Shown here: positions 23,505 through 38,275 of the stretch, piece by piece | Layout of the letters: every line of letters starts with the position of its first letter | How positions within the stretch are numbered: position 1 is the stretch's first letter | Origin: Geosiphon pyriformis uo1 | Lineage: Eukaryota > Fungi > Glomeromycota | Length of the DNA stretch: 64,000 nt | Reading direction: 5' to 3' | NCBI GenBank assembly: GCA_016748015.1 | Contig: JAAOMT010000659.1 | Span: forward strand, 747,222-811,221 | Made by a program: the position numbers and the translations under genes | Notes under the pieces: model-generated | Database searches by the model: none | What the model was told of the DNA's origin: nothing | Seen by the model: only the letters and a program-made list of their open reading frames with translations

Positions 23505-24131
23505 ATATTAAGCTCCATCAAAATCTAATTCCTTTAATTCCCCTTCTTGAATTATTTCTTGAACTTCTTTTTCAAGTATTACTTGTGTTATTTTAGTTTG
23601 TAGTTCTTCAAATTGGGTATTGGTTATTTTTCCCAATTGATTACTCATAACTATATCCATTGCTGTGTTGAGTAAAATTTCTGGTCAGTCTTGAAATCCC
23701 ATATATAGTTGGTAAATGGCTCGAGCTTGTGTGGTTAAATTGTTTTTTCTCACAAATTGTTCTAGTTGTCTCAATATTGTTGTGTTGAATAACTATTTTG
23801 TTTTGTCAATATACAAATTCTGGATATTTACGTGTTGTTCCAAGTGGAAATGACAATAGTTTTTCAGAAATTGTTGTGTCCACTAAGTCCAAGTTTTTCT
23901 GGTAAGTTTTTGGTGTAATCTGAATATTTGTTATTCTTTTATGGCCAATTTTATCTTGGTCATGATCTTGTCAACAACATTTTCAAGTCTTTTCTGTGCT
24001 TTGTGTTGTGGTATCTTTGCCATATTTTTGTAACAAATGGTTTGTTAATTGATTGTAATTTCCATCTTCTGGTGTTGGATTAATTGAAAAATTTGTTGGG
24101 CTAGTGAATGGATATTGTCTGTAATTTCCAT
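23505..24131 (-). pseudogene. Gypsy A2 ORF3, unknown function
   Basis: MEITDNIHSLAQQIFQLIQHQ; collinear with A1 ORF3. Confidence 0.72.
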
Positions 24132-24184
24132 TTTTTTGATCTCTTCTGTCATGTCAATCATGTTCTTATATATTTTTTTGTCAA

Positions 24185-25566
24185 TCAATTGGACGTGTTA
24201 TTGTTAATAATAATGATTGGTTCCAAATCTTGTGAAATCTCATCTGGTTGGATTAGTATTCTCTGTACTTCTAATTGTGGAATATTATTGGTGGATAATG
24301 ATACTATATGGTGATATGGTTTCAGTTGATCTCCATGTGCTGCTTTGGTTAAGATTTTATTATTCAATCTTAATTTGTAAGCTCTATTTCTTAGAATTTT
24401 TTCTATGTGAAATGGTCTATCCCATTTGAGGTCAAATTTTCCACTCCATTGTTTTTCTGCTTTGGTACAATGTAAGAGTACTTTGTCTCCAATCCTGAAT
24501 TCAACTGGTTTGTTTAGTAGTTGATTATCATGTTTTTTTTCTGTTTCTCTTGTGACTTTTGTATATTATCAGCTGCTCTTCTTCATTTGTTTTCCAATGT
24601 TTCTATTAAGTCATATGTTTTTCTTAACAATGTTTCTTAGAAATTCTCTTCTGTTATTGGTTTAGTTGAATATGTGGTAATCTCTATCTCAACTGGTAAT
24701 ATTGCTGTTCTACTGTATATTAATTCAAATAGTGTTGCTTGTGTGATGTCTTGCTTTATTGTCCGATAAGCCAATAATACTGATGGTATAAACAAATCCC
24801 ATTCGTCCTGGTTTTCTTGGCTGAGTTTTGCTATTGCTTCACACAATGTTCTATTAAATCTTTCAACTAATCTATTGGTTTGTGGATGGTATAGTGATAA
24901 TAATGGTCTCTTAATTCTGAATCTTTGGCTTAGTTCTGCTAATGTTCTATTCACAAAATGGGTTCCTTGGTCTGATAATAGTTCTTTTGGACATCCATGT
25001 CGACAAATCAAATCTTGATGGACAAATTCGGCAACAGATTCTGCATCCACTCTTTGAATTGTTTTTGCTTCTGGCCATTTTGTAAGGTAGTTCATGGCTA
25101 TTGCAATATATCTGTTGCTTCTGCTGGTAATTGTCAATGGTCTGACTAAATTGATTCCAATGTGGTCAAATGGTTGTCCCACTTTAATTGGTCTTAATGG
25201 TTTGCTGGGTCTTGTTCCTTCTTTTTTTTAACAAGCATCACAATTTTGTATATATTGTATGATGTCTAGATACATTAATGGTCAATAGTATCTTTTTCTG
25301 GTTCTTTCTATGGTTGCTTCTTTATGAAAATGTCCTGCAGTTGGATCTGAGTGCATGTTGAACAGTATTGTCTCTTTTTCTGGTTCTGTAATTATTCTGG
25401 TTGGCTGATCTGAATTTTTTCTATTTTTCCAATAAAGTATATTTTGGTAAGTAATAAAATATTTGGATTGTTGTTTGATCCTCTTTTGTTTCAGTTGAGA
25501 TAATTTCTCCTTGAACTGTTGAGTATTAATATAATGTTGAAGTTGTTGATATTTTTGTGTGTTCAT
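24185..25566 (-). pseudogene. Gypsy A2 integrase, separate ORF with intact ATG (MNTQKYQQLQHY)
   Basis: ORFs 25282-25566, 24637-25182 and 24185-24367. Confidence 0.88.
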
Positions 25567-25627
25567 CTTTTGTTATATTTTTGTGAGTCTTGTTTTGGTT
25601 TTGTTATATTTTTGGGTTGAAATGTTC

Positions 25628-27055
25628 TTAAATTTGTCTCATTCGCGACAAACTGTCAGCATTTCTGTTGTTTTTTCTCTTTTTATAATGTATAGTATAA
25701 TTATATGGTGCAAGTGCCATTTTCTATCTTGACTGTCTTCCATCTCCAAATTTTTGTTTTTGAAGTGATGTTAATCCTTTGTGATTTGTGTACACTTCAA
25801 ACTTCTGGCTTAAGTATTCTTTCCATTTTATGACTGCCTAGTATATTGCTAAGTGTTCTTGTTCTGGTGTTCTATAGTTTTTTTCAGCTGGTATTAAACC
25901 TTTGCTGGCATATGCTACTGGATGTTCTTTGCCATCTGGTCCTCTCTGAGATAGTACCACTCCTAATGCTTGGCCGGATGCATTAGTGGTAATGATGAAT
26001 GGTTTGCTGTGATCTGAATAGATCAATACTGGAGCTTGAATAAGCTTTCTTTTCAGAATATCAAAAGCTTCTTGTTGACTTTCTGTCCATTCATATTTTG
26101 TATTCTTGGTTTGCAGTTGGTTGAGTGGCTATGCTATTTTGGAAAAGTTCTTGATAAAATGTCAATAGTAGCTGGTAAATCCCAAGAATGATTTCAGTTC
26201 TGTCATATTGGTCAGCACTGGAAAGTTCTTTACTATCTCTATTTTCTCTGGATCCATTTTGATGCTGTCTTTGCTGACTATGTGTCCCAAGAATTTTAGT
26301 TCTGTCTTGTTGAAGAAGCACTTTGTTGCATTTAACTTTAGTCCTGCTCTTCTTAATCTTTCGAACACTTATTGAAGATGATGAAGATGATCATCAAATG
26401 TTTTTGAGAATACATTGGTGTTGTCCAAGTATACAACTACTGATTTTCACAATAAGCTGGTGTACACAATTTCCATTAGCCATTGGAATGTAGCTAGAGT
26501 GTTGGTTAAGCCAAATGGCATAACTTCAAACTCAAAGTTTCCTTCTCTTGTGGTGAATGCTGTTTTTTTTTTGTCAGCTGGATTCATGGCTACTTGCCAG
26601 TAACCACTATCTAAGTCTAACATTGAGAACCATTTGTTTCCACCAAAAGCATCAAATAGTTCTTGTATCTGTGGAGTTGGATAGCTGTCTCCACAAGTTA
26701 CATTATTGAGTTTTCTGTAGTCCACACAAAATTGGATTTTTCCATTCTTTTTACAGACGAGTACTACTGGTAATGACCATGGGCTCATTAATGGCTGAAT
26801 TAACCCATTGTCAAGCATTTGGTTGATTTTTTGATGGATGATTTCATGGCTGGCTGGTGGTACTCTGTATGCTTGCTGTTTGATTGGCATTGTATCTTCA
26901 GTCTTGATCTGATGCTGAATAATATCAATTTGGCCAAACTCATTTTTGCTGGCAAAAATGTCATTGAAATTGTTGAGCAATATCTTAAGTTGCATATGTT
27001 GGAGTAGATCTAAGTTTTTTATGTTCATTTGTTCCAATTGTTCTGGTTGGAGCAA
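25628..27055 (-). pseudogene. Gypsy A2 reverse transcriptase and RNase H
   Basis: FCVDYRKLN, LDLDSGYWQV, MPFGLTN, VAYASKGL, NADSLSRMRQI-stop. Confidence 0.92.
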
Positions 27056-27460
27056 ATAACATTTACTTCATCCATATATTGTTTGTGATGTAATATCAAC
27101 ATATTCACAAAGCTGTGAAAAATCTGGAATGGTGCTTGGTGGTTGATCCTCTATTTCAGTGTTTAAGTATCCAATAGTGGTTCCAGTTGGTATTACTATG
27201 ACATTTCCTGTGTTATTGTAGATGGGAATTTTGATGTGGCTGTAATCTTTGGCTGGTATATGGAGATTGATGAGTCCAATTTTTCCTGATTTGCAAAGAG
27301 TTGGTTTTGCTTTAAAAATCTGATTCTGTTCTTTTACTTTCCGCTTTATTTCTATCATGTACTGGCTATATGATAGAATAGAAATTGCTTGATCCATTGA
27401 GATAATTTCTTCTTGGTCAACAATTTTTTCTTCTGCCATATTAACTGGTACATCTACTTT

Positions 27461-27880
27461 ATCTGTCAATCTGAATCCCTGTATTTCTTTTGCTGTTATT
27501 CTTAATTCCTCCCTCTTTCCCATTAATACTAACTGAGCTACTCTAACCAGAGGCAGGAATATTGACTGTGTTATCTTTTTGTTGGGCTCTATTATATAGG
27601 TCTTTTCTGAGTCATTTTGTAGCATAGTAATGATATTTCTTATATATCCCGCATCAATTATTCCTCCTCTTATATTAATTCCCCTTTTCACTAGACTACT
27701 CCTAGATGCTAATTGAACTATTGTTGTTGGTGGAATTTCCAGTGCTATTTTCAAATCAATGCAGATGTGTGAATGTGGTTCCAATTTGATGGCATCTTTT
27801 CCTGGATACCTCAGATCAAACTCAGTGTCAGTATTATGCACGCATTCTGGCATGATATCTTCATTATTATTGCTAAACCA
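27461..27880 (-). pseudogene. dUTPase domain within the Gypsy A2 polyprotein
   Basis: FDL, ASRSSL, GGIIDAGY, KITQ, IQGF. Confidence 0.9.
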
Positions 27881-30800
27881 TTTTAGTTCCAATTTTCTGG
27901 TTAAGTCAGGGATTGTGATATATTGTTCATATTTTAAATTGGAGTTTAAATCTGAATTTGAATCATTGTCATTATTAATGCCATTTTGAACGGAGTTAGA
28001 ACTGGTGTTTTTGTCGTCATCCTTGTCAGAGTTTGAATTGGAATTAAAAATCAATTTTGATTCCGATGTGCAGCTGCCAATTGGTTCTTCTTCTTTGGGG
28101 ATCATGTATATCATGCGTGGTGGTGGATTGTAAATAAAGTTACACTCATTGCAATACTGAAAGTTACATGGGATCAAACAGTGGTCATATAATCAAGTGT
28201 TTAGTTGTACTAATCACTTTTTTTGTTTCTCTTTGGTCAGTGCTAAATTTTGATAATGTTCATAAAAGTTTTCTGAGTTGGTTTTAATGTCAAAGAAAGC
28301 ATCTGGGTTGGGGACTAGAATAATGTTGACTGGTTCTAGAGAATTGTTTTTGATTTCCAAGATTTTACTGGGCATAGCACCTTCTACTTTGGTGTTTACC
28401 ATCTACCAGATCTCATCTTTGTCATGTGGGTATCCGTCCAGACGAGAGATTGCTCAGTGCCAAGTAGCAGTTATTGGCATACTATGATTCACCCAATCAC
28501 TGATAAGGATTGTGTATTGGCATGAAGTGTCATACATTCCTTCTCGACCAAGAATGTCATTCCATATTCCTTCGTCGAGTAACTGTTTGCTGCAAGTGAG
28601 ACATGGTTTGTTGTCTCACTTGTCTTGTCATTTTGGGTAACCATAGCATTCTCTATGGCATGGTTTGCAGTAGTAGTGGGTTTGTATTCAATAGTCTTTG
28701 TCTGGCATGATCTATGCTTCCATAGAAGAGAGTTTCTTCTTACAATCCTAATATCTTAAGAGAATATAAGGTGGCTCCTTCACTGGCTCATGTAAGTATT
28801 CTTTTTTTCAACCACTGGTTATTTTTTTTGTGGCTTCATCAGCTTTTTCAGATAAGTCTTCTTCTTTCTCCTTTCCTTTCCCTTTTTTTTCCCAGCTGGT
28901 TGGCATTGCTTTGCTTTTATCATCATTGTTTCAGGCGTCAATAGTGGTCTCCCAGGTATGTTTTTCTGTTTCTGTTCCTTTTCCCTTTACATTGTTCCTT
29001 TCTTCCCAGTTTAGAATTGGCAGTAGCTCATTGTGCTCGACATTGGCCCATAATACTTGATACACCTCCCAAGTAGGCTTTGGTTTTTCCTTCTTGAAAT
29101 CGATAAACGGCATTGATGACATGATGTTGTTAGGTTTGAAATGGCCACATGTGGCTGGTACTCACGTGTGTTGGCCATTTTGGCTGAGTTAAAGTTCTTG
29201 CATGTTCCAATTAAGCATTGCATTGGTCTTGAACAACCAGTTGTTGCCAACAAAAGCTTAGTATTGGGTTGCTTCTATTACTAGTATCTTGATTGGTACA
29301 GTGATGCTGTTGATTTCAATAGGTAGATCATCAATCTCACTAATAGAAGTTTTGGTTGTTCCATCAGCTGTTATGATTCTGGTGCTAGCAGCATGATCAA
29401 CTCAGTGACCTAATTGGTCCATAAGTTGTCGTGTGATAATGCTGTCTGTTGACCCACTATTAAGAATAAGTTTGATGGAATGGCCATCAATTTTGGCATT
29501 GGTGTACATTGCCGTAATGAGTTTTTCCTCAATAGCAGTTTCACTAAACAAAGGAACTTCTGATGTTTCCTCAATTTTAAATGAAAATATGACTGCAAGT
29601 AACTTGTCTTCTGTGACAGTGGCTGGTAGGATATTGCTGGTAAATGTTAATTGTAGGTTGGTTTCCAGTTTATTGGGTTGGGCATCTTCTGAGATAACCA
29701 GAAGACTTAAATAGTTCTGGGAATTTGGGTTTTGGATGGAACCAGTACCTAGATTCTGTTGTCGAAAGCCTGATGGTTGGTGAGAGGAGCTGGGGATTAG
29801 TTGATAAACAACTATCGCCAATCTCCAGTTTTGAGTGCTTCTAGGTCTTGGGTTTCCTAATGTTATTTGAGTGGGGTTTTGGGGTGGTGTTTGAATTGGT
29901 TGTTAGGGCTAATAAATTATTTGGGGTTGTGGCTGATAGATTACTGGTGGCTGTGGTTGATAAATTGGAGGTTGATATACTGGCAGTTGATAGATTGGTT
30001 GCTGCATTATTGGCAGGTAAGTGGTTTGATATTGGTCTTGATTTGGGTAGCAATTCTGAGTCTGAAATCTGCAATTGGGGTTTTGATATTGATTTTCCAA
30101 TCGTGAATTGTTGCTATAAAATCTGCAGTCTGCTTTTATGTGTCCTTGTTTACTGCAGTTATGGCAAACATGTGTTTCTGGCTGCCATAGCTGATTAAGT
30201 GCTGTTAATGATGATGATAGACACGACTGATTTTGGAAACGATTCGTATTTCCGGGATTATTACATCATTGTGATGGTTGATAAATTGCATGATTGTTAG
30301 CTAAGTATCTCTCTAATTTCTGATTAATTGAATCACTGAATTGTTTCAATTTGGAATCCAATTCAGATGATCTATTCATTACTAGGTTCATGGTGTGAGC
30401 ATGATTGACTTCTAATTCGGCAGATTCAAAATCTCTAGTATGTAACTGCGTTCTAGAGAATAATTGGATGCAATGGGCATATGTGTTGCAGGATGCTACT
30501 GCACAGGCCACAGATGAATTGATTGAGAATTTGTGGTGCTGTGAAATAATTGGCATTAATTGCTTGGATTTGTCACAGATTTCTATAAAAATATCCCAGA
30601 TATGTGGTAACTGCTTCAGTTTCTCCTTGTTTAATTGTAGTGAAAGTGTTAACTAATCTGTTGATGCTGTTGTTATTGCTAAAGTATCTCAAAAATTCTA
30701 GTTTGAAGGCATTGAAATCTTGGGGTTTGTCAACCAAGCTTTGATACCATGAGTCCGCTGTATCCTTGAGAAAATAGGGTATGGCTTGCATGGCTCTAGC

Positions 30801-33800
30801 ATTATTCCATCCGTTGGCTGTGATGGCTTTTTCTACATTATTTAGCCAAACTTGTGTGTTATCCTCTTCGCTGGTGAATTAGTCAAGTTTCGCGATTAGT
30901 GCATATGCCATTTGTTGTTGTTGTTGTTGAGGCAGTATTGGAGGTGGTTGTTGATTTTGTTGGTTCAGTGTTTGAATGGGCTGACCAATTGGTTTGACTG
31001 GTGGTTGATCGATGACGATAACTGGAAGTAAGTACTGATTAATTACTTTAGGGTTTTGATTTTGCAGTGCTTGAATATTTAGGGTTTTGATTTCCGGATT
31101 TTTTCACTGAGTTTGAACATTCAGGGTTCCAAATTCTGGGTTTTCAAGGATCAGGTTTTGGTAAGTAAATTCTTGATCTTCCAATTCTTCTTTCTCTTTT
31201 TCTTCAGATAGTTTCTACAGAGTAGTGGTTCCAAAGTCTGGTTGAGGCAATGGTGATCGAATTCTTGATGGTGTTAGTGATCATGATTTAAATCCTTCAA
31301 AATATTCACCGTATGGTCCTAATAGATCTGTTTTTCTTTGTTTACTTTGGAATGAAAATCATCTGAATGTTGATATCATGTTTGATGTGAATGCACTTGC
31401 TGATGTTATATTAATGATGCTTTCAGATGTGTGATGATATGATGAATATAATGAGAATTCAATTTTTTGTTTCTTCCAAGTTAGTAGTTGTATTCTTTTA
31501 GGTGTTACTGCTGGTGTTTATAACCTTCCTTTGCCTTTATCTGCATAGGTGATAGAAAATTGTTATTGAGTGTACCTTTCAATAGTTTGGTTGATTTCTC
31601 TGATTATTGATGCAAAACTATAGTTCCTTGGTAAGTTGGTATATTGGAATAATTCTGTGTAAAAGTTTTCTCTTGCTGCTTCAATGTTAACTGTTTTTCC
31701 TAAGCATTCAGTGATTTTGTTATTGACGTAAAAGTTGAAGGCTGATTCGGCTGGGTAATGATTACTGTTTAATCCTAATTGTTGGCTGTATTATTAAAAC
31801 AAGAATTTTGCGAATCCTAAATGGTTTGCTCCTATATTTTCTAATTCTGTCACTTTTGGTTTGGGGTTGTTGGTGCTGATTCTCTATAGGATTATACCTC
31901 ACAGGAAGCACCAAATGTTATAGGTGACTATTTGGAGTGTTGAATCAAATAACAAATCTGTAACTTGGTGCTCAAATCTAGTTGTAGTTGATAGTGATCT
32001 GAAGATTTGTGCCTGAAGGGTTTGTATCTGAAGGGTTTGGTTGAGTTTTTTGTATAATGAACAGAGATTCAATGATGATAGTTTTATCTGTAGCTTTCCG
32101 AAACTGCAATTTTGTCAATTTTTTTCTCAGCTTGGTGGCCAGTATTCCTCCTAGTAAGCTATCCTTAATTGAATGTTCTACCCTTATTACTGGGTCTTTT
32201 ACCAGTCACGTTATCCTGATGTCAGTGCCCCATGTGTTAATCCTCAATAGAGTTAGTAAACAACAATAAAATCAAAGCAAAAAAATAAAGAAAAGAAAAG
32301 AAAATAAAGAAAGAAAAGAAATAAGCCAAGGCGATTTACAAGTTAGTATTCCATCAATAGCTGTGATCAAGAGCTATTGTTCCAGTGTAGTTAAGTGTCA
32401 ATTACTATCAACATGAAGTGTTGATAGTGGAAATAGATTTGAGATAACAAATAGTTATTTATTAAATAATTGTGATTTGGAGAGTTGCTTAGATTAAATC
32501 TAAACTTGAGAGATCTGTCTTTTCAGCTTCTAATTCTACTGCTATATATACATAATTGAGATTCCTTAATTCCTCAATTCCTTGTGACAGGAATCCTGGA
32601 ATTCCTGGAATCCTGCGATTCCTGATGAAAGGAATCTTGGAATTCTGGAATTCTGCAATTCCTTGTCAGGGAATTCTGAAATTTCTGGAATCCTGCAATT
32701 TCTGTGAAAAGAATCTTGGAATTTTACATTTACTATGTCTACATCTGATTGGCTAATATCTACTGACTAATAATACTATATTTTCTATATTCTATGAATA
32801 ACAATATATATAACAAGAATATTAGAAACAGAAAAATAAGAATTCAATTCAGAATTAATATTTCAATCAATTAATTATTTCATATTTTTTTTTTTAAAAA
32901 ATAGCTTTTTTATAACTTAAAGTAAAATCAAATTACATATCAATAAAATATAAATTATTACTTAAATCTATATTATTATTATTTGATTAAGGAATATTAA
33001 AATTGTTTCCACTTTATCAACATTCTATATTGATAAAATCTAACACTTAGCTATATTAGACTAATAACTCTTAATTATGGCTATTAATAGAATACTAATT
33101 TTTTATTTTTTTTTATTTTTTTTATTTTTTTTTATTTTTATTTTGTTTCATTTTGTTGTTTTACTAACTAATTAAAAAGATTAAGTGCTAAGTATTTTAA
33201 TGTTAAGAATAGTCTAATAAAAAACTTGGAAATAAGAGTAAAAATTTAAGAATAATTTACCAGAAAGACATAACTGTTAGAATAAACTGGCCACCATGCT
33301 AAAGAAAAATATTCATAAAATAAACTTCTGGAAGAGTACTGAAACAATTATTGAATTTCTGTTTATTATATAAAGAACTTAACCAAAACCTTCAGATTAT
33401 AAAAATTTTTAGATATTACTATTATTATCAAACTATTAAACATCAAGTTACAGGTTTTTTATTTGTATTAACACCCCAAATAATCATCTGTAATATTTGG
33501 TGCTCCCTGTAAGATATAATCTAGCAAAAAACCAGCACTAATAACAATCATCAAAAACAGTAACAGAATTAGAAAAAATAGGAACAAACCACTTGGAATT
33601 TGTGAAAGCTTTATTCTAATACTATCAAACTTACTTAGGATTGACAAGTAATTATTGGCCAGCAGAATCAACTTTCAACTTTTATGTTAATGAAAAAGCT
33701 AAATCTTATTTGAAAGACCAAAGAAACTCAGAAGCAGCATTTAACAATTTCTATAATAAATTATTTCAGAGTATCATACTTCCACAAAATTATTTGTTTG

Positions 33801-34754
33801 TCCCAATAATTACAAAAATTAACAGAAAAATTAAGAAGCATATCAGATAGCAATTTTTTATTATCTTTACAAATAAAAAAAAAATTACAAACACCAACAG
33901 AAATACCAAAAAGAATACAACTCTCTATATAAAAAAAACAAAAAATAGTTTTATCTATTTACTTATCATATCATTATACTCTAAGAAGTACTATCTAAAT
34001 AATATTAATAGCAACCACATCAAAAACATTATTATTTAGAATACCATTTTAAAGCAATAAAAAAAAAGCCAGATTATTAAAAACCTATGGCAATTTTTTT
34101 AAAGAATTTAAATTACAACTAACAATTCTATTAAAACTTTGATTATTATCATTTTAACCAGATTTCAAAGCCACTAGTTCTTGAAAAAGAACTGATTTGG
34201 AGAAAAAGGAAGACAATAATCAGAAAATTCATAATCAAAACCCAAAAGTTCAAACTCTGATTATTCTAATCTAGCAAAACTTAAACAATCTAAATTCAGC
34301 CTCTATTGTTTCCCAAAACTTATCTCCAGTAAATCTAATTAATTAACTATCAGCTGTACTAATCATTTCATCATAACAACCACTTTTATAATAACAACTT
34401 ATACCAATGGCATACATATCAATTGTCAAATTAGAAAAATTCACCAGTGAAGAAAATAATACCCAAACATAGTTAAATAACATTGCCAAGATAATTACAG
34501 CCAATAATTGGGATAATGTCAGAGCTTTTCAAGTTATTCCCTACTTTTTGCAGAATACTGCCAACTCATAGTATTAAAATCTTGTCAACAAACCACAAAT
34601 TTTCAATGTATTTAAAACTATATTTCTACAATATTTTAATAATTACAACAGCATTAATAGATTATTAACTAGTTTTACCATACTTAAACAAAGCAAAACT
34701 AAAGTCATTACCACTTACTTGAGATGCTTCCATAAAAATCTGCACTAAATATAA

Positions 34755-36655
34755 TATTACAGATAAACTTGGTGGAGTAGAGAAATAGTAATGTTTGGTG
34801 CTCAAGATTTGGGTTTTTAGGAAGCTTTTAATGGTTTTTTTTTGGTAGACTGGTTTGTTGTGTCAGTGTTATTAGTCTCTGAAGATTTGTTTGATTGTTA
34901 TAAATTTACCTGTAGAGTTTTTTGGTTATAAGGCACAGAGGTTTGGTTTTTGTTGATTGCAACTTCTTTAAAAATATAAGTTATTTTTTTCAAGCTAACA
35001 AATGCAGTGTTACTCATAAAATATAAAAAGTATAGTAGCATATAAATTAGCCAATTAAAAGTAGTTATAGTAAAAGTGAGATTTCAGAATTTCTCTTAAA
35101 GGAATTGCAAGATTCCAAGAATTTTAAGATTTTCATATGAGAAATTGCAGGATTTCAGAATTCCAGAATTCCTCTCAAAAAGAATTACAGAATTCCAGGA
35201 ATTCTAGGATTCCTGATGTGAAGAATTAAGGAATTGAGAAATCTCAATTATGTATATATAGTGGTAGTATTAGAAGTAGAAAAAACAGATCTTTCAGTTT
35301 AGATTTGATCTAAGCAACTCTTTTATTTATAAATATTAATAAATATTTGTTCACTATCTTAATTTATTTCCCACTATTAATACTTTATGTTGATAGTAAT
35401 TGATACTTAACTATGCTGGAACAATAGCTTTTAATTATGGCTATTGACAGAATACTAACTTTTATTGCCTTGACTTATTCTTTTATTTTCTTTATTTTTC
35501 TTTTATTCTCTGTGGTTATTTCTGTTGTTTACTAATTATTAAAAAAGCTTAAAGTGCTGAGTTACTAACATCAGAATATAGTACTGGTAAAAAACCCAAG
35601 AATAAGGATAGACACTCAGATTTAAGAATAGTTTACCAGGAGATTGCTGGCCACCATGCTAAGAAAAAAATTGACAGAATTGTGATTTCAGGAAGTGATA
35701 GACAACAACTACTTTAATCTGTGGGTTGATACTTAAAACACCATTAAAAAAAAACCATATTGGAATCTCTGTTCATTATACAAAGGACTCCATTAAAACT
35801 TTTAGATAACCAAAACTCTCAAATATTACCAACATCATTAAGCAAATTAGCACCAAGTTATGGGTTTGTTATTTGCTTTAAAACCCCAAATAATCACCTG
35901 TAACAGCAGTCATTAAGGTCTGGTGTTGTTTTTTCGCCCTTCTGGTAAGCTAACAAGATAATATTAATATTCAAAACTTAAGGAAAGTCTTTCTCTTTTA
36001 CCAGGCTATTACAAAGTCTATTTCTAGACAGTCAATTTTCTTATATTGCCATTTCACAAGAGAAAAATAAAAAAAAATAAAAGAAAATAAAAAAAAACAA
36101 AAGAAAATAAAAAAATAAAAAAATAAATAAAATAAAATAAAAAATAAGTGTTCTGTTAATAGTTATGATCAAAAGCTATTGTGCCAGCAGTTTAAGTAGT
36201 GGATAATAACATGGATTTGAAGAATTGAAGAGATATTTTATTGATATAATTCCATTTCAGTTGATAGCAACTATTCTTAAAAAAAAAAGTATTTAATAAT
36301 TATGACTTGCAAGTCTAATTGACTCCTGAAAGTCTAATTTTCTCTTTGTATGTTTTTCTAACTTCTACAGCTACTTGTTTTTATACATTTTTTTTGTTCT
36401 ATAGAATTGTTTCTGATTGCTTTGTTATTTCTGTTATTGTTTTATTTTTCTATATTATTGCTAGTTATACTATGTTATAATATGTTATCTGGTATTATTA
36501 TATGTTATTCTGTATTATCTTATATTATAATGTATTATCTTGTGTTATCTAAGTTATAATGTATTATCCAATATTATTGTGTGCTATTCTGTGTTATGTT
36601 ATATATTGGTCATGTTTCTTTATAACTTTGGATCAGTTTTTCTACTTGGATAACA
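34755..36655 (-). mobile_element. Solo LTR, family C, inserted in A0 gag and itself interrupted by 35008-35905
   Basis: TATTACA..GGATAACA termini, TSD ATAA/ACAA, gag frame continuous across it, TGTTATCT-like array at 36420-36600. Confidence 0.75.
35008..35905 (+). mobile_element. Solo LTR, family A-related
   Basis: TGTTAC..TGTAACA, TSD GCAG/GCAG, GGAATTCC array; reverse-complement homolog of the A2 LTR. Confidence 0.9.
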
Positions 36656-36782
36656 ACAAGCAATTCAAGCTAATTATTTTACCAAAGCACAAATATTAAA
36701 CCAGTTTATCTGTAGACTACACAATAGTTTTATTATAAAGAGTATGTTTAATGTATCCAAATATGCTTCAAGATGCAGTCAT

Positions 36783-37750
36783 TGTTACCAATAAAATTTT
36801 AGCTATTAATTAGCACAAAATTATTCTCATAATTCTTATTATTAATTAGTATATATTATTATCATTTCAATTATCACTTATTAATTAGCCAAATTATTAA
36901 ATATCATAATTCAATTAATAACCTAATTTGTACCATAAAAATTAAGATGATCAAATTACACAATACCTTAAATCATTTAAAATAGTCAAAATTTGCCGAA
37001 ATTAATGAAAATTGGCTGAAATAATCAATAGTTTATAGAAATAACTTGTAGTTTGCTGAAATGTATCTTTAATTTGCCAAAATTAGAGCAAAGAGAAAAG
37101 TACAAGTTTAAAGACTAGTACTACAACAAATTGTATAAAAGAAGAGCTTCTCTCTTTAAGAAAATATATCTTCTCATAGTATCTTATCATAGTATCTTAT
37201 TTTAAATATCTTAATTAGAACAAATTACCTTTACACAGCTTAAATAAAAATTAAACATTTAAAAACCAAATTCTTTAAATTCTTATACTTGAAATTTTCT
37301 TAACACAACATTTTGAAATTAATTAGCTACCAATTTCAGTAATCTGTTAGTGATTCCAGGCCCAAATAGAAAACGTTTCTCTTGACAAAATTTTATTTCT
37401 TTTACATTTTTTTTATTTTTCCTTTTTTTATTATTATAACCATTAGGGTAGCCTACAGATAAGATTTCTGTAGAAGAGTTAACTTTTACAGCAAAGTAAT
37501 TACATATTCTTAGTGAGCTTTCAGATAAGCAATTTCTGAAAAAGAGTTGATATTTACTACAATGTAACAACACAAAGCAACTGACATAAAATTGGCCATT
37601 CTACTTATAAGTCTAGTAGTTCAAATTATAGAAGATAATTTGAAGATAAATTCAGTTATTGGAGATTCAACTGCTTCCAAAAAACGTGAAATTAGCAACA
37701 GACAAACATTAACAACATTCAAGAAAAGAGACCAAAAACCTTCAGTAACA
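36783..37750 (+). mobile_element. Solo/recombinant LTR, family B
   Basis: Reverse-complement homolog of 48765-49753; unrelated flanks (TCAT vs GCAT). Confidence 0.85.
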
Positions 37751-38004
37751 GCATTGATGTAAGACATAGAATTATACCAGTGTGTGATTATTTGTTGACA
37801 GTACAGACTATCTCTCTATCTTCAGATTTCTGGTTATCTTTTGAAAAGTATAGTAACTGAGATATTTTATAAGACTGATCTCACATATTGAATCTATACT
37901 TATTTAATTTGCTCTTTGAAGTTGAATTTCTTTTGATTCTTTTCATTACCCTAGAATTCTGTTCTTCTTTACTATCTATTAGCTTGTTACTCTAACCTAT
38001 AACA
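37751..38004 (+). mobile_element. 3' fragment of a family D LTR
   Basis: Matches ~41030-41281 and ends CTATAACA. Confidence 0.8.
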
Positions 38005-38275
38005 ATACTAATAAATTTTTAACTTGTTTAAGTTTATTTTCTTTATTGGTATTATTAACTTGATTGTTCTCTAGAACTTGGTCTGCTTATTCTTGATTGA
38101 TTATTTTATTTACTATTATAATTTCTAATTTTTATGAGTAATAATAACTATTAGAAGTTTTTTATAGATAGTTTTTATTATATAGGTTTTAAGACTAATC
38201 ATAATTTGTTAGTAAAGTTAACAAACATATAAGAATTAGAATGCTAAACCATAACTGTCTAAACCCAATTAATAT

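Larger units (their letters stand above)
22602..32803 (-). mobile_element. Full-length Ty3/Gypsy LTR retrotransposon A2 (same layout as A1), degenerate
   Basis: LTRs 22602-23488 and 31916-32803, TSD ATAT/ATAT, PBS TGGTGCTTCCTGTGAGG, PPT, and gag/PR/dUTPase/RT/RH/IN motifs. Confidence 0.96.
22398..36782 (+). mobile_element. Older truncated Gypsy A0: split 5' LTR (22398-22601 + 32804-33495), PBS, gag (~33560-34754 + 36656-36782)
   Basis: Starts TGTTAC with a decayed GGAATT array. Ends TGTAATA + TTTGGTGCTCCCTG. Gag NYWPAESTFNFYVN and KLEKFT; the frame resumes after the insert at 36656. Confidence 0.8.
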
